Assembly (NCBI GenBank): GCA_963841735.1 | Contig: CAWJDT010000001.1 | Location: 224,001-288,000 of the forward strand | Length of the DNA stretch: 64,000 nucleotides | Direction: 5' to 3' | Source: an uncultured Actinomycetes bacterium | GTDB lineage: Bacteria > Actinomycetota > Thermoleophilia > RBG-16-64-13 | In this document: piece by piece, positions 56,185-64,000 of the stretch | Numbering within the stretch: position 1 is the stretch's first letter | Layout of the letters: each line of letters starts with the position of its first letter | Notes under the pieces: generated by a model | What the model saw: only the letters and a program-made list of their open reading frames with translations | What the model was told of the DNA's origin: nothing | Database searches by the model: none | Made by a program: the position numbers and the translations under genes

Positions 56185-57743
56185 CTAGAACCCCCGAACA
56201 GGGAGCCCACCAAGTGGGCGAGACCGCCGTGCTCAGCCAGATAGGGTTGCACCTGGTGGATGATGTTCTGGGCCGGAGCGTGCAGCACATTGAGGAAGGT
56301 GTGCGGATAAACGCCGATCCAGATGGCCAGGCCCACCAATGGCACCAGGGTGATGATCTCCCGGGCGCTAAGGTCTTTGAGCGAGGCCCATTTCTCGTTG
56401 GCCTGCTGGAACATGGTGCGCTGGTACATCCACAACAGATATGCCGCGCTGAGCACGATCCCTATGGAGATGATCGCCGCGAAGACCTTCGAGTACTGGA
56501 ACACGCCCACCAGGATCAGGAACTCGCCCACAAACCCGCTCAGCCCCGGCAGACCAAGGCTGCCCAACACGAACAGACTGAAGAAGGCGGCTGCCACAGG
56601 CATGGGCTTGGCCATGCCGCCGTAGTCGCTGATTAGGCGGGTGTGAGTGCGATCGTAGAAGAAGCCCACCATCATGAACAGGGCGCCGGTGAGCACGCCG
56701 TGGCTGACCATCTGCAGCACCGAGCCCTCGATGCCCTGCTGGTTGAAAGTAAACAACCCCGCGGTGACGAACCCCATGTGGCTCACAGACGAATAGGCCA
56801 CAAGGCGCTTCATGTCGGGCTGGACGAGCGACATGGCGGCCCCGTAGACCACGGCGATGGCCGACAGGATAAGCACCGGCACCATGGCCTTCACCGCCAC
56901 CGCGGGGAAGAACCCTATGCAGAAGCGGATCATGCCGTAGACCCCCATCTTCAGCAGCACGCCGGCCAGGATGACCGAACCGGCGGTGGGCGCCTCGGTG
57001 TGGGCGTCGGGGAGCCAGGTGTGCACCGGGAACATCGGCACCTTGATGGCGAAGGCGATGAAGAAGGCGATGAACGACCAAGTCGCCAGCGACCCGCTGA
57101 AGCCGGCCTGCTGCAGCGCCAGGATGTCGAAGGTGAGAGGACCTCCCTGCTTGGAGTACGACCATACGATGGCCAGGATGGCCACCAGCATGAGCACCGA
57201 GCCCACGAAGGTGAACAGGAAGAACTTGATGGCCGCGTAGACCCGGCGGGCGCCGCCCCAAAGGCCGATGATGAAGTACATGGGGATGAGTTGGATCTCC
57301 CAGAACACGTAGAACAGGAAGAGATCCATGGAGACGAACACGCCGAGCATCCCGGTCTCGAGCACCAAAAGGCTGATGAAGAAGGCCAGTCCGCGGTCCT
57401 TGATGGAGTTCCACGAGCCCAGGATGGCCACCACCGACAGGACCGTGGTGAGTAGGACCACGAGCAGGGAGATGCCGTCGACGCCCAGGTGGTACGAGAC
57501 GCCCAGGCTGCCGATCCAACTGGAGTTCTCGACGAACTGGTAGTCGGCGGTGCCGCTCTGGAACTGGGTGGCCAGGAACAGAGAGAGGCCGAATGTCGCG
57601 ATGGTGGTGACCAGGGCGGTGGTCCTGTAGGCATTGGGACGACCGCGCATGAACACGAGCATGACCAGAGCTCCCGCCAGAGGCAGGAAGGTCAGGAGCG
57701 AGAGCCCCCGGAAGCCTATCTGTGTCGCAAAGTCAAAGCCCAC
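56181..57743 (-). CDS. nuoM: NADH-quinone oxidoreductase subunit M
   Basis: LGVDGIS, FWE..LIPMY, IKVPMFPVHTWLPDAHTEAP, LLKMG.YG, AYSSVSHMG, GLPGLSGFVGEF. Confidence 0.96.
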   Translation of the reverse strand: MGFDFATQIGFRGLSLLTFLPLAGALVMLVFMRGRPNAYRTTALVTTIATFGLSLFLATQFQSGTADYQFVENSSWIGSLGVSYHLGVDGISLLVVLLTTVLSVVAILGSWNSIKDRGLAFFISLLVLETGMLGVFVSMDLFLFYVFWEIQLIPMYFIIGLWGGARRVYAAIKFFLFTFVGSVLMLVAILAIVWSYSKQGGPLTFDILALQQAGFSGSLATWSFIAFFIAFAIKVPMFPVHTWLPDAHTEAPTAGSVILAGVLLKMGVYGMIRFCIGFFPAVAVKAMVPVLILSAIAVVYGAAMSLVQPDMKRLVAYSSVSHMGFVTAGLFTFNQQGIEGSVLQMVSHGVLTGALFMMVGFFYDRTHTRLISDYGGMAKPMPVAAAFFSLFVLGSLGLPGLSGFVGEFLILVGVFQYSKVFAAIISIGIVLSAAYLLWMYQRTMFQQANEKWASLKDLSAREIITLVPLVGLAIWIGVYPHTFLNVLHAPAQNIIHQVQPYLAEHGGLAHLVGSLFGGSR

Positions 57744-57770
57744 AAACTCACCCGATCTCCGTCGTCGCCC

Positions 57771-59671
57771 CTATGCGAACACGATCACAGTCACGATCAC
57801 GAAGACCCCGATGAACATGCCCAGCAGGTAGTTCTGCACCTTGCCGGTCTGCAGCGGCCGCACGGCCAGGCCGGCGTGCTGCCACAGCCAGGCGGTGCCG
57901 TGCACGGCGCCGTCGATGACCTTCTCGTCGAAGTTGCGCCACACCCAGCGCGAGCCGTCCACCGTCAGCCGCACCACGGTGGCGGCATAGAACTCGTCCA
58001 CGTAGAACTTGTTGTAGACCACCTTGTAGACCGGCCGCAGCTTGGCACCCACCAGCGCGGGCAGGTCGACGCGGCGAATGTACATCAGCCAGGCCAGCGC
58101 GATGCCGAGCATGGCCACTACCAGCGACGCCACCATGAGGGCGTAGTCGATGGCCTTCAGCCCGTGCTCCTCCACTCCCAGGATGTGATTGGCGGGGGCG
58201 AACACCGGCTCCAGGAACTTCTGGATGAGCCCCAGCTTGCCCGGAAGGCCCAGGAAGCCACCCAACAACGAGGCCACCGCCAACACGATCAGCGGCACGA
58301 TCATCGACCAGGGGCTCTCGTGCACGTGCTTCTCGGTCTCCTCGTCCATGCGCGACTTCCCGAAGAAGGTCAGGAAGATCATGCGGAAGGTGTAGAAGGC
58401 GGTGATGAAGGCCGCCAGCAAGGCCCACCGCCCAGAGTAGGTACTTGCCGTCGCGCCACACCGCGCCCAGGATGTCATCCTTGGACCAGAAGCCCGCGAA
58501 CGGGAAGATGCCCGAAAGGGCCAAGGCGCCGGCCACCAGGGTGTAGTAGGTGGCGGGGATGCGCTTGCGCAGGCCGCCCATCTTGTCCATGTCCTGCTCG
58601 CCCCGTAGCGAGTGGATAACAGCGCCTGCGCCCAGGAACAAAAGGGCCTTGAAGAAGGCGTGGGTAACGAGGTGGAAGATGGCTATCGACCAAGCCCCCA
58701 CGCCCAGGGCCATGAACATATAGCCAAGTTGCGAGATGGTGGAGTAGGCCAGCACCTTCTTGATGTCCTTTTGACAGATGCCGATGATGGCGGCGAAGAT
58801 GGCGGTGAAGGTCCCTACGGCCCCCACTACCAGCATCGCCGTGGGCGCGCTGGCGAAGATCACCGCGCTCCGAGCCACCAGATAGACACCGGCGGTGACC
58901 ATGGTGGCGGCATGGATGAGGGCCGAGACCGGGGTGGGACCTTCCATGGCGTCGGGGAGCCAGGTATGCAGCGGGAACTGGGCCGACTTACCCATGGCCC
59001 CCATAAAGAGCAGCAGGGCAATGGCGATGAGCGTGCCCCCGCCGAACCCTCCCGCGCCCACCTGCTCGAACACCCCCACGTAGTCCAAAGTGCCGAAGGT
59101 GACGAAGATGAGCATCACGCCCAGGCCGAAGCCGAAGTCGCCCACCCGGTTGACGATAAACGCCTTCTTGCCGGCAGCGGCCGCCGCCGGCTTGTGGTAG
59201 AAGAAGCCGATGAGGTAGTAGGAGCAGAGCCCCACCGCTTCCCAGCCGAAGTACAGTAGAAGGTAGTTGCCGGCCAGCACCAGCGTCAGCATGCTGAAAG
59301 CAAAAAGGCTCAGGTAGGCGAAGAACCGGTAGTAGCCGGGATCGCCGCGCATGTATCCCCGCGAGTAGACGAAAATCAAGAAGCCTACTCCGGTGACCAC
59401 CAGCAGCATGACGGCCGACAACTGGTCCAGCTGGAACGCGACGGGTACTTTGAAGCTGCCAACTGCGAACCACTTCCACAGCTCGACCACCACAGGCTCC
59501 TCGGCCCCCTGAATCTGGATGAAGGCGGCGACGGAAAGCCCAAACGAGCCCGGCCATGGCCAGGATGGGCAGAACGTGCGCCGACTCCTTGATCCACCAG
59601 CGGCCGAAGATCAGGGTGACAACAAAGGCCACCAGCGGCAGGGTCGGTATGAGCCAGATGTAGTTGGCCAC
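57771..59671 (-). CDS. nuoL: NADH-quinone oxidoreductase subunit L, frameshifted
   Basis: GWEAVGLCSY, NRVGD, GKSAQFPLHTWLPDAMEGPTPVSALIHAATMV, AYSTISQLG, HAFFKALLF, LQTGKVQNY. Confidence 0.93.
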
Positions 59672-59681
59672 CGCTGCCGAC

Positions 59682-59987
59682 CTACCCTTTCATCCTGTCG
59701 AAGAGGTCGACCATGAGTGTCTGCCTGTTGCGGAACAGGGTGGTGGCGATAGCCAGGCCCACGGCCGCCTCAGCCGCGGCGATAGCCATGACGAAAAGCA
59801 CGAAGTGCTGCCCCGCCAGGTTCTCGTGGAAGCGGGCGAAGCCCACCAGGTTGATATTGACGGCGTTCAGCATCAGTTCGATGGAGAACAGGATGATGAA
59901 CAGGTTGCGCCGCATCAGCACCCCGGCTACGCCGATGATGAAGAGCGTCGCCGACAGGTAGAGATACCAGTCGACGGGGATAGGCAT
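59682..59987 (-). CDS. nuoK: NADH-quinone oxidoreductase subunit K
   Basis: RRN...SIELMLNAVN, AAAEAAVGLAI. Start 59987 or 60008. Confidence 0.95.
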   Translation of the reverse strand: MPIPVDWYLYLSATLFIIGVAGVLMRRNLFIILFSIELMLNAVNINLVGFARFHENLAGQHFVLFVMAIAAAEAAVGLAIATTLFRNRQTLMVDLFDRMKG

Positions 59988-60026
59988 GTCGGCGGGAGTC
60001 GCTCCCATCGCGGCTACACCTCCTCC

Positions 60027-60602
60027 TCAGCGGCTTCGGCGGAGGGCTGCTCGCCGGGCCCCCAGGCCCGCGTGGCCCCAGCCGGCCGATTTCTCTTTCT
60101 TGACCAGCACGATCGCGCCCACCATAGCCACCAACAGGACCACCGACGCTACCTCGAAGGGCAGCAGCATGTTGTTGAAGAGAGCCTCGCCGAACACCTT
60201 GGTGCTGCCCCCGGCCTCAGTGATCGCTTCGGGGCCGAACCCGCCTCGTACCGAGGTGAAGGTCACTCCGGCCAGCACCACCACGAACTCCGCCAGCACC
60301 AGCACCGACAGCCCCAGTCCCACCCAGCGTTGCCGGCGATGCGTTTGCTCCTCCTGCTCGAAGGTACGCAGGTTGAGCAGCATGATCACAAAGACGAACA
60401 GCACCATGATGGCGCCCGCGTACACCAGGATCTGCACCACAGCCAGGAAGTAGGCCTGGGTGAGGAAGAAGATGGCGGCCACATTGAGGAAGGTAAACAC
60501 CAGCAACAGCAAGGCGTGCACCATGTTCTTGCGGGTGATGACCCCCACGCCGCCGGCGGCGGCCAGGAAAGCGAAGACGAGAAAAAGCACCTTCTCGGTC
60601 AT
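60027..60602 (-). CDS. nuoJ: NADH-quinone oxidoreductase subunit J
   Basis: QILVYAGAIMVLFVFVIMLL, LPFEVASVVLLVAMVGAI. Confidence 0.94.
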   Translation of the reverse strand: MTEKVLFLVFAFLAAAGGVGVITRKNMVHALLLLVFTFLNVAAIFFLTQAYFLAVVQILVYAGAIMVLFVFVIMLLNLRTFEQEEQTHRRQRWVGLGLSVLVLAEFVVVLAGVTFTSVRGGFGPEAITEAGGSTKVFGEALFNNMLLPFEVASVVLLVAMVGAIVLVKKEKSAGWGHAGLGARRAALRRSR

Positions 60603-61165
60603 GACCGACCGTCCTTCGTGCCGGCGCGCGCCGCCCCGGTGTCCGCGGGCAGCGCGCCGCTCGCAGGCGCCTCGGCGCCGACCGACATCGCCCCGTCCAC
60701 CGGCAGCGCGAACAGCTCCTTTTGTGCGTACACCTGATTCGCGAGCAACTTCTCCTTGTCGAGGGCGAAGTCGCTCTTGTCGAAGGTGGCGAGCTCGTAG
60801 TGCCGGGTCATGACGATGGCCGCCTCGGGACAGACCTCCTCGCACAAGCCGCAGAAGATGCAGCGCGACAGATCCAGGTCGAAGCTGGCCGGACGGCTGC
60901 GCCCCTCTGGCATCTGCTCGCCCACGATGCTGATGCAGCGCGACGGGCAGATAGTGGCGCAGAGCATGCAGGCCACGCACTTGGTGTCGTTGGTCGCGGG
61001 GTCGGTCAGCAGTGCCTGGACCCCCCTGAAGCGCGGATAGGTCTGCAGCTTCTCCTTGGGGTACTCCACGGTGACCTTGTCCACCACAAAGTAGGTGCCG
61101 GTGACCGACATGCCCCGCAGGATGTCGACGAAGGCGCCCTTCTTGATGACGTCGATCAAGCCCAT
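60599..61165 (-). CDS. nuoI: NADH-quinone oxidoreductase subunit I
   Basis: VTVEYP, RFRG, CVACMLCATICP, RCIFCGLCEEVCP. Confidence 0.95.
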   Translation of the reverse strand: MGLIDVIKKGAFVDILRGMSVTGTYFVVDKVTVEYPKEKLQTYPRFRGVQALLTDPATNDTKCVACMLCATICPSRCISIVGEQMPEGRSRPASFDLDLSRCIFCGLCEEVCPEAAIVMTRHYELATFDKSDFALDKEKLLANQVYAQKELFALPVDGAMSVGAEAPASGALPADTGAARAGTKDGRS

Positions 61166-61166
61166 G

Positions 61167-62194
61167 TCAGTCCACCACGCTCACCACGATAGCCGTGACC
61201 ACCAGGTTGGCTAACGACAAAGGCAGCAGCACTTTCCAGCCGATGGACATAAGCTGGTTGTAGCGATAGCGGAAGATGGTCCAGCGCACCCACATGTACA
61301 GGAACATGAAGGCGAAGACCTTGAGAAAGAGCCAAACGGGGCCCGGGATGATGTTCCATGATTCGAACGGAGCGCGCCACCCCCCGAAGTAGAGCGTCGA
61401 GATGATGGCCGATATGACCACCATGTTCACGTACTCGGCAAACATGAACATGCCCCAGCGCATCCCCGAGTACTCGGTCAGATGTCCGGCCACCAGTTCC
61501 TGCTCGGCCTCGGCCAGGTCGAAGGGAGTGCGGTTGAGCTCCGCGATGCTGGCTATGAAGAAGATCAGTCCCGCCCACGATCTGCGGATAGAAGTACCAA
61601 TGCCAGAAGGCGCCTTTTTGAGCGTCGACGACGTCCACCAGGCTCATCGACCCGGCCATGAGTATGACCCCCACCACCGCGAAGCCCATGGCCAACTCGT
61701 AGGAGATCATCTGGGCGCCGGCCCGCAGGCCTCCAAGCAGCGAGAAGTTGTTGTTTGACGACCAACCGGCCAGCACGAACCCGTAGACCGCGATGGCCCC
61801 CATAGCCAGGAACAGCACGATGCCGGAATCGAAGTTGGCGATCACCCAGTCGAAGCGGTGTCCGAACAGGTTGGGCTCGCCCCCCACCGGGCCGAAAGGC
61901 AGCACGGCCATGACCAGGAAGGCAGGGACGAAAGCGATGTAGGGCGCCAAGCCGGAATACCCGCTTGTCCGCCCTGGCCGGGATCAGATCCTCCTTGGAG
62001 AGAAGCTTGAGGATGTCGCCGAACGACTGGAACGAGCCCCAGGGCCCCAGGTAGGTGGGACCCACCCGTCCCTGGAAGAAGCCGGCGAACTTGCGCTCGA
62101 AGAAGATGGCAAAGGCCACGATGAGGATGATCAGCACCGGCATCAAGACGGCCTTGATGAGCAGGAAGATGAGCTGGGCTACGGGATCGCTCAT
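61167..62194 (-). CDS. nuoH: NADH-quinone oxidoreductase subunit H, frameshifted
   Basis: ERK..G..Q.RVGP, D.LKLL.KED, GWSSNN.FSLLGGLR..AQMISYE, AELNRTPFDLAEAEQELVAG..TEYSG. Confidence 0.93.
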
Positions 62195-62357
62195 GGCAGC
62201 CTGCCGGGAAACCAAGCCCCGCACCCAGGGTGCGATGGGTATGCGCAAGAGAAGGACGCAGGGAGCGCGAATAGCAGGGCTATTTGCGCGACTGAGGACG
62301 CGCTATGGCGCCGCCCAGTGCAGCCTGAGGGCCGCGGCTTGATTTTCCGGCAGGCGC

Positions 62358-63690
62358 TCAACGGTCACAGTCTCCCAGTACCACGTCGACGCTGGCGAAG
62401 ATGGCCACCATGTCGGCGATCATCTCTCCCTCCACCAAGAGCCGGCACCGCCTGGCCGTGGTAGAAGCTCGGGGTGGCGAAATGCACGCGGGCGGGCTTC
62501 GCGCCGCCCTCCGACCGGATGTACACGCCCATCTCACCTTTGGGCACCTCGATGGCCTGGTAGACCTCGCCCTTGGGCACCTGTGGCCCCTGGAACACCT
62601 GGTAGAAGTCTTGGATCATCGCGGCCGAGTCGCGCAGCACGTTCTTCTTGACCGGCAGAGTGTGGGCCGCGTCTCGGGCGACGAACGGTCCGTCGGGAAG
62701 GTTGTCCAGGCACTGACGGATGATCTTGCACGACTCCCGGATCTCTTTCATGCGGACCAAGAAGCGGTCGTACACATCGGCGTTGTACTCCACCGCCACT
62801 TCGAAGTCCACTTCGTCGTAGGCCGCATAGGGCTCGTCCTTGCGCAGGTCGCGCGCCACCCCGGCCGCGCGCAGCGGTGGTCCGGTGACTCGCCAGGCAA
62901 AGCAGTCCTCGGAGGTGAAGATGCCCACGCCCTTGGCCCGCTTGTAGTAGATGCGGTTGTGCTTGACGATGCGCTCGTACTCGGCCACCCGCTTGGGCAG
63001 GAAGTCGATGACCTTGCGGCAGCGGTGGTCGAAGCCGTCGGGCAGGTCTTTGGCCACCCCGCCGATGCGGGCGAAGGAGTGGGTGAGCCGGGCGCCGGTG
63101 AGCATCTCCAGCAGGTCGAGCACGTACTCGCGGTCGCGGAAGCAGATGCAGAAGAAGGTCTGCGTGCCCAGGTCCATGATGTGGATGCCCAGCCACATGA
63201 TGTGATTGGAGATACGACACAGTTCGTGCGCGATGGTGCGGATGTAGCGGCCGCGGGCGGGCACCTCTACGCCCATGAGCTTCTCGGCCGCTTCGCAGAA
63301 GCCGTGGTTCATGGCGAAGCCGGCGATGTAGTCCAGCCGGTCGGTGAGCGGGATGATCTGGTGGTAGGTGCGCTCTTCGCAGAGCTTCTCCACCCCACGG
63401 TGCAGGTTGCCTATCTCAGGGCGCACCGCCACGATGACCTCGCCGTCCAGATCGAGCTCGGCCCGGTATACCCCGTGCATGGACGGATGCTGAGGGCCCA
63501 TGCTGATAGTCATGACCTCGCCGCCGGGCGCCGAGCGCCTGCGGCTCTTGGCCTTGCGCTGCTTGAGCTCCTCCAGGGTGGGGCGGCCGGCCACGACGCC
63601 GCCGGAGCCCACCGCCGGCGCGGCGCCGTGAACCGCGGCGGCGCCGTGTGCCGACACTGCCGCCTCGTGGGCGTCGTGTGCGGTGCTCAT
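62358..63690 (-). CDS. nuoD: NADH-quinone oxidoreductase subunit D, frameshift near the C-terminus
   Basis: MGPQHPSMHGV, LHRGVEK, DRLDY, E.PKGE. True end IADMVAIFASVDVVLGDCDR* lies in a shifted frame ending at 62358. Confidence 0.93.
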
Positions 63691-64000
63691 CTAGATCTTG
63701 CCCCGCAGGTCGGTGCGGATGCGCCCACCAACGGTACCCTGGAGCGGGAAGTCCTTGCGCAGCGGAAATCCTTCGAAGTCCTCGGTGGTGAGCAGCCGGC
63801 GCAGGTCGGGATGCCCCTCGAACACTATGCCGAACATCTCCCAGGCCTCGCGCTCGTCGAACCCGGCCGACGGCCACAGCCCGGTGACCGTGGCCAGCGC
63901 CGCCCCTTCGGCCAAAGCGGTCTTGATCCGCAGACGATGGCCGTGGGTGTGGCTGGTCAGGTGTGCGACCACCGCGAACGGAGCCGCGGAGCGCTCCGGC
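63691..64000 (-). CDS. nuoC: NADH-quinone oxidoreductase subunit C, 3' part
   Basis: EREAWEMFGIVFEGHPDLRRLL...FPLRKDFP. Confidence 0.93.
   Translation of the reverse strand, partial: PERSAAPFAVVAHLTSHTHGHRLRIKTALAEGAALATVTGLWPSAGFDEREAWEMFGIVFEGHPDLRRLLTTEDFEGFPLRKDFPLQGTVGGRIRTDLRGKI

Noticed and set aside
47575-62450. Apparent mass pseudogenisation (topA N-terminus, STAS, TPR, autolysin, amidohydrolase, nuoN, nuoL, nuoH, nuoD)
   Set aside because: The breaks are single-base indels, often in short homopolymers. Motifs stay intact on both sides, essential genes are affected and the density rises towards one end. This fits long-read consensus error. Read mapping would confirm.
62358-63690. 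Group 4 [NiFe] hydrogenase large subunit
   Set aside because: No N- or C-terminal CxxC Ni ligands, and the quinone-binding NuoD motifs are present.

Overview
High-GC bacterial window, most consistent with an anaerobic member of the Actinomycetota (Thermoleophilia/Coriobacteriia-like). This taxonomy is an inference from the STAS-topA-tmk-holB-tRNA-Thr(CGT) synteny, a leaderless TetR and a Lys-rich TopA tail. Positions 1-41.6 kb form an accessory catabolic region that ends at tRNA-Thr(CGT). It holds an IclR regulon with three copies of a conserved promoter/operator (SDR, 3-hydroxyacyl-CoA dehydrogenase, two 6-oxocamphor-hydrolase-like crotonases) and two pyrogallol-transhydroxylase-like Mo large subunits around one Fe-S small subunit. 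It also holds a divergent MarR/flavoprotein/Mo-enzyme/ferredoxin operon, a Rid protein, a subtype-B tannase homologue, two AprA-like flavoproteins with an AprB-like ferredoxin and a ferredoxin::GltD insertion fusion. The region further contains two tandem Opp/Dpp-type ABC cassettes around a TetR, a triple-repeat lipoprotein, a NarL-type two-component system and an orphan DctP. Together these suggest an undescribed anaerobic pathway for (poly)phenolic esters. Positions 41.7-64 kb are housekeeping: ricT/PSP1, holB, tmk, an archaeal-type topA, a STAS protein, a TPR protein, a large CWB2/NlpC-P60/amidase autolysin, an amidohydrolase and nuoC-D-H-I-J-K-L-M-N without nuoEFG. Many single-base frameshifts, mostly beyond 47.5 kb, look like sequencing errors rather than pseudogenes.
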